From: Balanoglossus misakiensis
Taxonomy: Eukaryota > Animalia > Hemichordata
Reading direction: 5' to 3'
DNA length: 64,000 nucleotides
NCBI GenBank assembly: GCA_040954595.2
Contig: CM082577.2
Location: 9,263,846 to 9,327,845 of the forward strand
In this document: one piece after another, positions 11,763 through 25,543 of the stretch
How positions within the stretch are numbered: the first letter of the stretch is position 1
How the letters are laid out: the number at the start of each line of letters is the position of its first letter
The notes under the pieces: generated by a model
The model's input: only the letters and a program-made list of their open reading frames with translations
The model's database searches: none
What the model was told of the DNA's origin: nothing
Translations under genes and position numbers: made by a program

Positions 11763-14361
11763 CTAGGTGCGACAACTGCGAAGAGGGGGTTAAAGGGATA
11801 AAAAAAAGATTATCAAGCGTGTGCAGTTAACAAAAACGAAACAACCCAACGAACATGTATACTTTTGCAGGCGTGTCCAATGAGAACACAATAACAGTGT
11901 TTGAAATATTGAGCCTACTTGGATATTTTATCTACCTGTGATTGTAATTAAAATTATCTGCAACGAGAAACCTAATCCACATAAGTTTTCCTTCATAACC
12001 GAAATTAATTCAACGGTACGGTGTACGTCTGCTCACCTCCCATCGATCTTCCAGAATTCCGCGAACGCCTCCTTGTCGTAGTTCGGCGTTCCGGCGATGA
12101 AGAAGTCGTCGTCCGGGTCGCCGTTGTCGTTCCCCAGCAAACCGCACACTTTGCCGCTGAAAAACCCATCCTTCAGCGCTAGCTTGATTCTGTAGGTGGC
12201 GTCGACCTCGAAAGCGGACTTGTCGTCGTAGGTGACGACCACTATGCCCTTGTAGCTGCCGGGAGCGGTGACCAGCGCCAACTTCAGGTCGTTGGTCAGT
12301 TCAATGCCCGAACCTTCTTCATCATTCAGTGCCACGTGCTTGTCGTCACACTGCAACAGTCAAAAAGATCGGAATAGGGGTTTTAGATTTGGGGTTAATT
12401 TGAGCGCCGAAATGACAACACTTTACTGCGGATTTATGCTAAGCGGTGCAGGTGATATTGAAAATAATACTCTTATTTTAAATGATCGATACAACGTTTC
12501 CGCGAATTGTGTGTAGGCCTAAAGCTGCAAGCAAATTTTTCTGAAACGCCATGTGCCAAAAGTCATAGCACGCCACCACATCGTAACGTACAACATCTTA
12601 CCGTAATCTGATATGCAATGTCGTTCCTAACTCATAGTGTCCGATCAAGTAGTTTTGACTTTAATTTTTAATCATCTTTAACCGCGGTCAGTCGTTTGTG
12701 ATTGATCTAAAAAGGGTTATCTGTCATATACTCACAAGAATGGTTCCATTCTCAAACACTTGCACTTCGTGGTCATACATGTACATTTTTCCGGATTCAA
12801 TTCTTCGACGACCGGTGTCCCCGACAGTCGGGCCGTTGGTCATGATGAATTTCCACGTTGGGGGTTCGTTTTCACAATCTTGCGCCAGGACGTAAGAGCA
12901 ATCGTCGTCGACGCTGATCCTTTTGCCGTCAAAGGTGGTGAGGTGTGGGTCGCCGGTGGCGTCGCCCGTGTCACATCCACAAGCTGTTATGCGCGAAAGG
13001 ATATCTTATGAAATATGTAGTTCCTTCTAATAAAGCTGGTAGGTCGGTCGGTCGGTCGAAAATCAAACATTTCAGATTTTTAAAATTCTTAGTGCAAGAG
13101 TTGGGTCAAGCAATTCATTAAAGCTCCATGGGCTACAACTCGGTAAAAATTTAAGACTTAACCTGTCTGTCTTGTAAAAGACCCGTGTCTGACGACACTC
13201 GCGTCAGCACTCGTCACGGTGATATTGATGACTACGTCAGTGCAGGTCGGAAAGGAGCCAAGCCAATCCGTTCCAAATGATGGATATATAGCGGGGAGGC
13301 CAAAGTCCACTCCTGTATTGTCTGTGTACGTTAGATTTGCGGGAGGGTCGCCTTTGACGTACGACAAGAACGACATGGTGCCGCCGGCGAACACGGAACT
13401 CCCGCCCCTGTCGGCCGTGTAGTCGATGACCGCCATGTAGATGTGGTTACATGTCCGGTAGGATTGGTAAGCCAAAGTGGGTTCTCGGAACGAAAAAAAA
13501 GAAGGAAATGCAGATATTTTGGGGTTCTAGTATTTTTGTGTATTTTTATTTCAACACTATAAGTTACATTATTAAACATAAGTGCAGGAATGACCTAGCA
13601 CCTATGTGATTGTCCAGGTAAAAGTGCATGTCGCGCGAAAAGATGTCAGAAACAGGCTTCAAAGTATGATATACGGAGGCCATGCTCCCAGTCCACTTCC
13701 AAAAAGTATAGAAATATCGCAGACAGTATAAAATCGCTCGTGGACCTGCGCCATTTTTGAGTGAAACATCAGTACGTATACGTTTCCTAATATGCACACC
13801 TCGCGCGTAACAACTCCCCCCCCCTCTCCCGTTAATATTATGTCTGTTAGATTTACCTTCTGGATACTCATCCGTTGATCGTTTGACAGGATTGCTGGCA
13901 TTGCTTTCTTTACCCTCGATAATGTCGCTAAGTGGAACAAATATCGCCTGCAAGATAATACACACGGGCAAAAACGTAATATCAGAAAGTGAACAGGAAA
14001 AATGCTATAAATGTACAGGCCATATGAATGGACTCACTTTCAAAGTCTACCATTTCGCATTTGGTCAAAATAAGAACCCGTAGATACATGTCTTATTTGT
14101 CCGGTCATGGGGGTAGCTCCATGGTCCGGTGAAGTACTATACACGTGTTTCACAAAAGCTATATACAGTGTGTTACAATGCTCTCCTCTAACAAGAATGC
14201 GATTCGTATACTGTATCCATGTACTATCAAAGACAACTGAAAGAATTGTCCTGAAAATGTGTAAATATTACCTGGTCTTCTTCTTGTCTCTTCGTAACGG
14301 CCGCAGGTGAACACACAGTGATCACTGCAGACAGGGCAACGAGAACATTCAAGCACCACAT
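11763..14361 (-). CDS. Secreted single-VWD-domain protein A (~358 aa)
   Basis: Exons 14361-14272 (signal peptide MWCLNVLVALSAVITVCSPA), 13947-13857, 13483-13163, 12983-12736 (CGCDTGDATGDPHLTTFDG...CSYVLAQDC), 12350-12037 (GKVCGLLGNDNGDPDDD), 11775-11763 (SCRT*); all phases compatible. Confidence 0.85.
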
Positions 14362-17300
14362 GGCTTCTGTATTCCACACGGGTTCAATCTTCCGAGGGCT
14401 GCCGCTGATGCTGAAGAGGGAGGCGAGGGGCAGTATAGCTTGGAGAGATGACAAGCTGAGTCTGGATCAAACTGCAATATTCCCGCCGCTATATATTGCA
14501 GTCCAATCACCTTGAGGCAACGTCACACGGTTTCCATGGATGTGACGCACACCGCCATTTTTGGGCGCATTTCGTCAAAGAGCACAAAAAACTTTGATGC
14601 GGTTTTTTATTTCGTGCTCAAGGGGGCGTGTGTTGTGCACAGCTGACCTTTTGTTTCCCAATAAACATTTTCGTGCGCAAACAAAACGTCTTTTGTGTTT
14701 TTCTGTAGAAACGCCCGCGTCTAGAAAGGCGGGCCTTTAAAAATACATCACTGAGTATTAACGGCACAGGTGGTGCTGACCGCCGAGAGCTTCGAGATAA
14801 ACTGCGATGCAAGAACTGTCAGGTGAATAGAACGTCAAGTAAGCTGGTTTATCCAGCTTACTTTTGAAAGTTAATTTTGTGTCCACTTTATAAGAACAGA
14901 CAAGAAAATACAACGAACGCAACAAGCGATTCCTAAACAAGCGGAAATAACGAGGCTCTGACACTGTTGACCATGTCAACAACTTCAACCGGGACGAGCC
15001 GCCCATTCACTCTATCGGTACCTTTGCGCGTTTGCCGCCCATCGCCTGATGTCGACCTCAACTTCCCGTCGTAAAATAACAAAGACATTGTTTCCTGCGA
15101 TTCATCATCGGGTCTGTTGAATTCACCTAATTCCTGATACAAATTATTGTCTTGGACTGAGAACTTTACTGAACTATTAGCTGCAGATTTGGGAAATAAA
15201 AAAGTAGTCATTTTATTTTTGTTCGTTTTGGTTCGCGCGAAAAAGTTATGAGAACGTTTCTGTGTAACTGTTAATGTACCAAAATTACACTTGCCTTAAA
15301 ACCACCCACCCCCAAATCAGTAAATTGATATAATATATTTATATTTGGTTTGAAATCATATACAATGTAATCGTATTATGAGTAATGTTATCACTACAGG
15401 CTGGTAAGGATGAGAGAAGTGTTTTACGACGGACAATGTAACAGCTCCTGGCATTACGCAGACCGAATTATTATTTGGTTTCAATTTCAGCAGGTTGTAA
15501 ACGTACTTCTTTTGCTTTGCTTGTAACTCAAAAACATTTTGATAACACTAGCTCTTCGTAGACAACCAATTTTGTCACATATCATCGTTTTAGCGTACAT
15601 TTTACGAAAACATGGCCCCTAGTAGTGATCACAGAACAGACAGCTCAAATCACCATCGGTATCTTATTTAATAGAAACGTTTTAATATCAAATCCGTGTA
15701 AAATGATCATTGTAACATTTGGCGATTCGATTGAATTGCTTTAAACGATTTGACATGTATCACCTCTTCTTTTTCTCGCAGAACAAAAGGGAAAAACGTT
15801 GTATCTTCTGCTTTGTTCTCCGCCTGTAACATGCCGCTAATTTTTCCTTGCTTGGAAACATTGAATACATTGCTATACCCAGCTGTCTCCAAATTGCAAA
15901 GTACCGCGTGATTTATCAAGAGACAAAGATAAAAGGGGGACCAGCGGAAATACATATATTGATAAAACATTAAAAAGCTACTTTATGATATGAACACAGT
16001 GGTAATAAAACTCAACGATGCCTCAGTTTTGAAAAAAAGGTAAAACTTCATCCGTTTTTACCGCAGATTGAGTTGAAATAATTTTCTCCCATCCTCCGCG
16101 ATATGCAAAATTATGGATATATGATAAAACGATAAAGTCAAATGAAATTCATAATCCCTTGACTGAACGTGGATTGTTTGGAAGATGAAAGTTTCAGAAA
16201 TGAAAACGCTTTCGGAATGTAACCTGGAATAGGATAAGACACCAAAATAAATAATGTAATAGATTATCAGCTCCACCAACATATCTAAACGGATCGCAAT
16301 AATTGATTTTAACAGATGTCCTGATCATAAAACTCTGAAAGCATTGATAGTAGTTATGCGTACTACCGAATTGTGGTGATGATTCCAAATGTCATCTTTA
16401 TTTGTTTGCATTTCTGTATATTTATCCCATTTTGTGAGCAAATGAAGACCTTGTCGCATCGCTGCTGTCAAGTGTTCCCATAGTCGCTGCTTATACATGT
16501 ATTAACATTAGAAAACAGACACAGAAGGTAGTCGCATAACACCATCTGTGATGCGATAATCGCTTGGTATGCAGGAAACTCGGACCTTCACCCGAAAAAG
16601 GCAATATTGTCGTTTTATGGTCAATTGTTGCCTTTGAAGGACGTCACGTTGACTGAGCAGGGCATTTACTGGTAGCATTTTGAGGCTTAATCCAATCATT
16701 CCATGAATCGGATGATGAAGGCCGCTGGTCGTAATTGCTGATCGTGTATGTATTTGAGGAATATAGCAAACCGACTTGTATGCTATTACCGGATTCGAAC
16801 ATAGACTAACCACACCAAGGTAGCTCTATGGGGACTCATCTACATAATTTTAGCATAATAAACTATACTATGACTAGCCATTTGAACGCCATTTTAGTCA
16901 TTACTTTTATTTTGAGCCCCATGAAAAAGGTGTTTTTAACATACGTGAGATCGTATTAAAATTTTCCCTGCATTTTATTCAGGCAAAACATATCTGCCAT
17001 GTATGGAACCTACTTGAACATTTTTCTGAACTAATTACATGCATATAAATATACGGTAGAAATATTTAGGCACCATTGCTGACTTTTCAAAGGCACAACT
17101 GTAAAATCTGGGTGATCACTGTTAACTCACAGTGTCCGAAAAAAAATTGCTACCAAAGAATAATTGAGGTTGGTGCTTTAAATGATTTGTAGTACAAGAG
17201 AGACAAGATAGATACGCCATATATTTTGCGCTGCGGCATTCTGCTAACTGGATTACTCTAGTTTATTCGCGGGGGACATTTACATGTATAAAAGGGGGAA

Positions 17301-20282
17301 CAGATGTGGACAAGCAACGATGTACATACATGTACGGACACAATGCAAGAGGAACTTTATGGTCTAAATCGACTCTTGCAACATCTTGGTTGTGCTTTGA
17401 CTATTAACTTTGTGCTTGTACAGCATGTGGTCTTGTATGGCACGGGGTTTAAATCTTCAGTGTCATTTTTCTGACCCCACGGCGATGATTTCGTTCCACT
17501 GCAATAAGAAACATCGACGGTGTGTTTCATATAGCGATGGCAAAAAAACATCATAATACCAATCTCCGCCCCCGTTCAGTATAGACACGTTATCCTCGAA
17601 AAGTATTACATGTATTTACAAACGATATATGACCTTTCGGGTGATCATAGTGGTTTCAACAACGAGATAAAGCAATCGCCAGGTAACAGATGTCGTTGAC
17701 GAGGTTCTTTCGTGTGGTTTACATAACTGTTAACAGAAGCACTGGCTTATGACGATTGGTATCGCTGCAAGTGCCACAACAAGTAGAATTATAAAAACAT
17801 TAAAACTCCACCGGTCAATAGAAAACACCCTGTTCAATATCACGTAATCCCTTTGACAGTGATTAAGTTACTTGAAAACCTCACTAAGGCATGTAAATGC
17901 TTGTCTAACACTCAACATCAAAGAGTACAATCTACTGATAGTATAAAAGAAAACAACGTATGCCTTATTCCTTATTGTGACTAAATGGGGTCTACGTTTC
18001 TCAAATATATCAACAATCAAAACATTTGCTTTTTCTACCTTTTATACCGCAATGCCATGATACTGTAAATTGTCATATTTCACATGTGCGCTGCCAGATA
18101 ATTACACTTTTTTTTTTACTGCATTAACGTCATTCAGACTGGATTAGGATTTAAAAACGAATCTGGGAAAAAACTTACTGGGTGTTTTGTTTTTCATGGA
18201 AAACGCCATACCGTTTTTATGCGGAAGGCAAAATAAGCGCCATCTGTCACCAGACCAGCCATAAACCTACTAAAATAAAGATGTCATGGGAAAAACTCAA
18301 CTGTCTGTTGGATTAATTCAACTGGAATTTCAACACGCTTGACAGAGAATGAGAGCACCGGCTAAATTTGTAGTTTTACACATGTGGAGAAAACAAGAAA
18401 AATATTTTCTTGGATGGAAATTTGTAAACAGCTACGATATTTTTTATTTTCCTTAAAAGTTAAACTTCACATTTTAACATTGCATAACACCGAAGGCTCC
18501 TAGTGTGACGTCAGTGATGACGTCGTCAAGTATGAAAAATGTACAGAATAAACAGGGTTGTAAATTGTATTATTTTATGACAGGAAATTCGTTATGAGGT
18601 TGGCGGTGATCTGCGGTACACGAAGGCATACACTGTTCGATCATGTTAACGCGGCCAAAAAGATATGCCACACTTCAATAAAAAAGCAAATGACATGTTC
18701 TTTTCTTATTGACTTATTTATAATATGTGCATAAAGAGTAGAGTAGATATCCAGCTTAATTTAAAAATTAAAACACAACTTTCTGCCGACGCCAGATGAA
18801 GTGATCGCCTGTTGTCGACCTATATTTCACGACACCCCCCCCCCCCCCCACGCTCGCCTGTACCATCTGCGTTAAGTAGCAAATGCTATGCGCAGGAACA
18901 CGAAATTAAAGACGTTTGCAATGTATATGCAATAAAGATAATCTCTGGTATCTGGGTCAACTGTGGGGCGAGCTGTGGCAATATGGGGTGACAAGAATGC
19001 ACGTCTCAGTTTAAGGTGGGGCGGGGATTGCTGTTTTGTGTGTCATGCCGCGATACCTACATGTATCTATACGCACTCGCAATTTTGTTGACAGTCATAA
19101 GGCAAAGTGGGGCAGCGATGTGCAAACTTCATCATTTTATCAATAACAGTCATTATTTCGTTCACTAAGTGACGCGAAGAACACCAAGGATACTATGAGA
19201 TACAACATTGATGTTTTGTTAATATTAAACTATTTTTGGAGTGGAGATGTGACCGAATGATGTTTCTTTGCGCTGAACTCTGGTGTGGCATGTAATGTTA
19301 TGGTATTTGCAAGTTCGTATAAATAGTGCGAATATCAGTATAGTTTGCACTTCTGATATTCCATTTACTTTGACGCTCCACAGTTTTGTTATGGTTCTAC
19401 ATGTATATACATGAAGTAACTATTAAACCTGCATTTAAATGTTAATTTTAATGTAATTTTTTACAGGCAGGCAGCGCCATCAAGTGTGAACACGTTTTGC
19501 TCCCATCTGACAATATCTGGGTCCCATTCCCCCGGCCGGTATTTTCGTTTATAGCCACGTTACATATTTCGGGAGGGTATAACCACACACATGCACACAC
19601 ACAAGAATATGTCATTCAAAATGTAGCGTTTTCCCTCAAATAACCACAACTGTACGGAGACATTTTGCAAGCAGTTTTAATATTTAATTAACGGCTGAAC
19701 GGGGTGCAAATCATACACGAGAGTTCATCGTTCCCTGTAAATGATAGTATACTAGAGGTGAGGTGTGAAATCCAACGTGTTATCACACGCAGTGGGTAAA
19801 ACTTAACAAGAAACTCCATGTTCATGTACATTGAGCTACACAACACAAAAAGAACAGAACGAAATCCTGGTGCAAGATTCGAGGATGACGTGTACCTTCA
19901 AACTCATCGATTCTGATGCGTGCTCTTTGCCGATGCCAGAAGTGCCAGACGTTTTGGTCGCGACCACTATTTCTAGGTGGTATAGCACTGAATTTAAAGC
20001 GACCAGAGACAAGCCCCTTTCCATTTCTGCCGACGCTGATCTGAAGTCGATTGATCAGGTCGATGCAAACGAATCACGGTGTTGTTTGAAAGAAAGTACA
20101 GCATGCTATGCGTAAGAGATACTACATGTAGTAAGCACGTGATAAATATAATTACAGGGAATTCATCTGTGCGAGAGTAATGTTAAATGTTCGTGTGACC
20201 TCTCAGGTTTTATTTTTCATTTCTGTCTTATTCCAATACCTAAGGCTTCACCGGTCTCCATTTCTACATGAATAAAAATCTT

Positions 20283-23200
20283 CTAGGCTGTGCAACTGCA
20301 ATAAAACAGAATGAGCTGAAATTATCACATATTCCGATGAGTTTTCACTCGAATTTAAAGACTACACCACCTATATGCGGAGATAAACAGAAACTGCACC
20401 ATAACACCGATAATTTGTTATCAGAACGCTGACAATACTAACCTGCCCGGTATCATCCACCGATTAGCAAAAGCCACCGGGTCGGTATTGTCATTCCCGT
20501 CGTAGTTGAAGTCGTCGTCCGGATTGCCGTTGTCGTTACCGAGGAGACCGCACACCTTGCCCTTGAAGAACCCGTCCTTCAGCGCCACCTTCAGTCTGTA
20601 CGTGACGTCCACTTCGAGGAAGGTGTTGTCGTCGTAGGTGGCGACCACGGTGCCCTCCGTGTCGGGGGCAGTGGCTATGAGCACCTTCAGCTCGTTGGTG
20701 ATGACCATATCGCCACCTTGGTCACGTTTCAGGGCTATGGCGTTGTTGTCGCACTGCAAAACAGACATCGGTGCAAGTTGAAGGGACATTAGCTATTACC
20801 AAAGTTCCTCAGGCCACCCTCATATAATAAATGAAAGCTCCCTAAGAATTGAGGCCCACCCTCATATAATAAATGTAAGCTCCCTAAGAATTGAAAATAA
20901 TTGCCTGTTTCTATACGTACCAAAACAGTTCCATTCTCGTAGAGCTTCACGTCATGCCCATACATGGACATCTGTCCGGATTCGATTCTTCGGCGACCCG
21001 TTCTTCCGATAGCGTTGCCATTGGTCATGAGAAACTTCCACGTCGGGGGATCGTTTTCGCAGTCTTGTGACAGGACGTACGAGCACTGGTCGTTGACGGT
21101 GATCGGCCTGCCGTCGTAGGTTGTGCAGTGCGGGTCGCCAATGACGTTGCCGTCGTCACATCCACAAGCTGCAGTGAGTGCACAGGGTTTTTTAGTGGAA
21201 ACGTTAGCAACTGGGACGGACCCTTTAACTAAACGCCGGAGCGCCCGCACACGACTGAATCTTTCAGTCTAGTGATGAGTAAGAGTATCAATTTTAGCAT
21301 ATTCATACATTCTGAAAATTAAGTTACCGATCAGAAATGCACATTTGCCGGTTGTTTTTCTCGTCAATTGTCTCTTATCCACACCCACGAATGCCCGCTT
21401 CTGTATAACAGAAACCCCCTTGGCATACACCTGTCACGTCGACTACATGACGATTTCGCAAACTGGACTATACGATTGAACTAGAAAAAACACACTCCTG
21501 GACATGACCATTAACGTTATACCTCACCTGTCCGTCTCTGAAAAGAACCATGTTTAACCATTGTTTCTTCGGCATTCGTCAAGGTCACGTTGATCTTCAC
21601 GTTGGTGCACTTCGGGAAAGGGCCGAGCCACCAGGTTGTAAAGGTCGGATACATCGGGTGGAGGCCGACGTAAACCTGTCCCTCGTCCTTGTATACCGGC
21701 GTCGCGGGGGGCTTCCCTTTGACGTACGACAGGTGCGACATGGTGCCGCCTTCGAACACGGAACTCCCGCCCCCGCCGGCCGCCGTGAAGTCGATGACCA
21801 TCATCAAGATGTAGTTGCATGTCCGGTAGGTTTGGTAAGCCAAAGTGGGTTCTTTACAAGAGAGGAATGGGTTGAACGGAGAGGTTAAACCGAACATGTG
21901 GTTGGACATTGTATGCTTGGACTGTTCTTGTTGTCGATACTGGCATCTAAACGTAAGCGTTTGGGCCCCTATCACAAATCATATACGTTTTCACCAATAT
22001 TGGCCCTCGACCCAGAAGGACGGTTCAAATTGAATTGGTCAATGTTCTTAATGTGACCCGTGGTCATGGTGCAAAACTGTCATGATTTAAATTTCAACTG
22101 TAAAGTTACAACTTCGAACTGTCATCTCACACAATCGGCCGCGAGTGCCAACTGTGTACAATTGCCAATTGCCTGGACAGAATTAACAGGGGGCTAGTGC
22201 AATTCGTGGGTTCCGAGTTACCGAAACAGGCCACCTTGGCCGCGTGAGGGCGTATCAATGACGTCATTATAAGTACAAAGTGCATGATCCGATGGGACCA
22301 AAATTCAAAATGGCGGCAGTGCATGTGTTATCGATCGTGATCACTTCTGCTTGCAACTCCGTACTGGCATTATTTTGACAAAAAGACTTCCTGAAAATGG
22401 TTAATTGGTTTTGTGCGGCTCCGGAGTGTACTATCAGCTTGCGCAATAAAAGAAACGCCGCAAAATACCCTGGATTGGCAGACGTGACATTTCATGCATT
22501 CCCAACTGAGAAACATCGCTGACTTCGCCAGCAGTGGATTTCCGTGTTACGTCGAAAGGATGCCCACTAGTCGCTTGGTGATTTTTGGAATATCAATACT
22601 TTGTGTGTGTTTGCGGTGATTTTTTGTTTGTCTTTATTAATAATCTCAATATTGTGTGCGTGCTTGCCTTGAGCATGTTTCTGGTAGTGAGGCGAGTTTC
22701 GAATTTGAGACTGATCTCATGGTTTCTGGTAGCGTCGCTACGTGTTCCCTACACATACGCGCTCACAATCGCTGACGTTTACTCCACACACAAAAAAGCA
22801 AAGCATTTACAATAGTTACATTTTTAGACATGTCATGAATTTTATTCAGCCAATAAAAATGTAACTGTGGCTGTACATGTGGTGTCTTTTTGATTCATAT
22901 CTTAATGCTTTCACAAGAGTTTCACACGTCACTCTACTAGTTTTAGAAGTACCATGAGTGATGACTCTCACTTTTTGTTTCACTTTTGACATTAAAGAGG
23001 GTGTGACTGCAGAGAAGTGTGAAATACAAAATATGTTGTAAGGGAATATTGTATGTTAGTTGGTCAGTTGGTTAGTGAACTGGGGAACTTGGTTTCGGTT
23101 AGTAGGTTAGTTGGTTAATGCAAACATTCCTTGATTCCCTTACAACATATTTTGTATTTGATCTCTCTACAGTCACAACCTCTTTGACGTCATAAGTGAA

Positions 23201-25543
23201 ACAAAAAGTGAGAGTCACTTGTCTTGTAAAATAAAAGTAAACAATACTAAGCTATACCCTGGTTATCCTTTTCACTATCAACAACAGTTCTATGTACAAC
23301 TGACAACAATGTTAGTTACAATAAAATCCTCATAAAATGTTGAAAGTTTAGCTTCAGTTGTTTTCCCAAACAATTCATCGAAATATATCCTCTCTATTGA
23401 AATGGCTTTTCTTGTGAATAACACAAAATCACACCATTGCAGTTTACAAGTAGCAAGTTGCATTTGTATTTGGGTATACCATTTTGATGTCCTCCTCAAA
23501 CACACTTTGCCATCTACATCCAAAAATACATGGTATTTGGGAACTCTAGGCTTGATATATCACATGGGAATATATTGCGGTGTTTGCTGGAACATTTGAT
23601 TTCACACATTTAAAGCTGGCAATGATAGTGATTTTACTAGCTATATTGGAGAATCTGTATCAGAAGCTGATATTGATTTTATGTCATCACTGACAGCTGA
23701 TCAAAGAGATTATGAGGATTGGTATTTGTATGGACAAGGGAGCGTTACTGCCAGTATTGCACATGATATCCTTCGGCTTCACATGAAAGAAACTCGGGAT
23801 TTGAATGACTACATAGTCCAAAAAATTATGTCTGGCAGTCACAGGACAATACCTTCAACCCACATTGATTGTGGTATTAAACATGAACCTGTTGCTAAGC
23901 ATTTATATCATGAGCAATACAAAAAGTTGCACCGGAAAGTGAAATTTCAAGATGTTGGCTTAGTCATCAGTTCTGACAAGCCATATCTTAGTTCAGGTCC
24001 TGATGGGAGAGGGTATCATGGGAGGACATCAAATGGCACCTGGATAATAGTTGGACACAGTTGGTCTTGGTGTGTCAGGCTCAGACTTATCCTTCCTAAT
24101 GTCAAGCTCATCTATTTCCATAGGAGTGGACTCTCTGCGGGGTTTATCCCACTTACAGGGAACATCAGTACCAACTTGAATATTTCTGTCTTTGTGGCGT
24201 CTATCGAAGTCGTTGATGCTAAACAACAATGCAACACAATGTTTGCATGTACCATGCTCACTGTAAAAAAAATTCAGATACATGGTAAATGTTAACGCAC
24301 GATTGCAGCTTTTTTGTTTATGCCTCTCTGCAGCGACTGTCAAATGAAAACTGAGGTATTCAAACCTAAAACGTCAATGCATCAAATGGAGAATGAAATC
24401 ATATTAACTATTTTCAAATATTATCTAATTTTGCAAATCCTGATTTACAGTCCTCAACAGCACTTTAAATTAGTCAACAGATACTGTTGGAAAAACATAG
24501 ACAATTCTGTCAGACTCTACTGACAGTTTTCTCATCCAAACACACAGATAAAGCAAACCGAACTAAAAAAACAAATGTCAAAATACATGTATAACCATGG
24601 TTATTTCAACCCACCATTTCTATGTACCTAGTCACACTGGTAGAACTAAAAGCTACGGTGGATTAAAATGATAAAATTTATATAAAAAAATACTTACGCA
24701 ACACAATTACAGCCTCAGAAGAGAATGGAGGTCGCTGACCCACTCGGTGATCGTCGCCGGATCAGGCAAAGTGATGTAGAATTGCTTTTGGCTGGGTCGC
24801 GATTGTCTGCTACCGTCCGCCTTTTTTTGCTCGAAATTTCCTGGTCACCAGGCTCTAGTGGCCGAACGTCCAGTTCTATAGCTAACTCCACTACCTGAAT
24901 TAGTCTATCTTTCCTGGTATTACAACAAGTTATACCTCTTTCCGACAAAAACTTTCTCAGGTCAGGAACTTATGTAAACATGACCTCATTCAGGACCGGA
25001 AGTGCAGTGATCCCAACTCGCACGCCCTCAGGCGACAAGAGTCTATGAACTTTCTACTTTATTGAGAACTCGGAACCCGCGAATTTGGGGAGGGTTACTA
25101 TTCTCCGTGCATAAGGGTCACTTTTGAAAAGCACCAGCCCTCTGTGACCTCAGTACATGTCCTAAAAGAAATTGTGAGAGCAACAAGAGACAGACTGTAC
25201 CTTGCGGATATTGGGCGACGTCTTGGACAGAGAAGATTCCTTGAACTTCGGGACTGGTTTCAGTTTCGACGATGAGATCAGCGAGGAGAACAAAGGGTAC
25301 CTGAAAGATAACACGTGTATATACATAAACCAGGTTTCTCCTCACATGCGTGCGCAACTGCTAGTTGTTATCCTGGTAAAACCCGGGGTTACAATACCGA
25401 AATGGTGAATTAAACATTGTGTCGGTATATCGCTTATACTTTACCTGAAGTTCTTCTGCTGTTTGTCGCCTGGTTTTAACAGATGCAGACGAACAGAGAC
25501 CGATCAATGCAAACAGGACAATCGTTACCCTTGCACGAACCAT
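20283..25543 (-). CDS. Secreted single-VWD-domain protein B (~364 aa), close paralogue of A
   Basis: Exons 25543-25445 (signal peptide), 25300-25201, 21851-21528, 21168-20921 (GDPHCTTYDG), 20753-20443 (GKVCGLLGNDNGNPDDD), 20295-20283 (SCTA*); same intron phases as A. Confidence 0.85.
22397..22570 (+). pseudogene. THAP zinc-finger fragment (transposase N-terminus) with in-frame stop
   Basis: MVNWFCAAPECTISLRNK...VTFHAFPTEKHR*LRQQWISVLRR fits the THAP C-x4-C...FH-x-FP...W pattern; the rest of the transposase is absent. Confidence 0.75.
22962..23217. mobile_element. Fold-back/MITE-like element with ~85-bp inverted arms
   Basis: TGACTCTCACTTTTTGTTTCAC...AAATATGTTGTAAGGGAAT is mirrored by ATTCCCTTACAACATATTT...GTGAAACAAAAAGTGAGAGTCA. 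Confidence 0.75.
23290..24948 (-). pseudogene. Fragmented SWIM + YqaJ/lambda-exonuclease gene of the transposon (middle part inverted onto + strand)
   Basis: Minus: CKHCVALLF...TDVPCKW (24029-24260) and YTQIQMQLATCKLQWCDFVLFT (23290-23523). Plus: TADQ...W...VTAS...G..HEPVA...Y...GLVI...PYLSSGPDG (23681-24010). Confidence 0.78.

Larger units (their letters stand above)
22201..25085. mobile_element. Decayed ISL2EU-like (PIF/Harbinger-related) DNA transposon in intron 2 of VWD gene B
   Basis: 19-bp inverted repeats AATTCGTGGGTTCCGAGTT (22201) and AACTCGGAACCCGCGAATT (25067-25085); THAP fragment on + converging with SWIM/YqaJ exonuclease fragments. Exact ends and TSD were not identified. Confidence 0.7.

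Noticed and set aside
14600-19800. 5-kb gap between VWD genes A and B, checked for a further paralogue or element
   Set aside because: No recognisable exon, domain or paired termini found by eye; old repeat fragments may be present.
20810-20895. Two copies of a ~42-bp direct repeat
   Set aside because: Ordinary local duplication in a short intron; no further structure.
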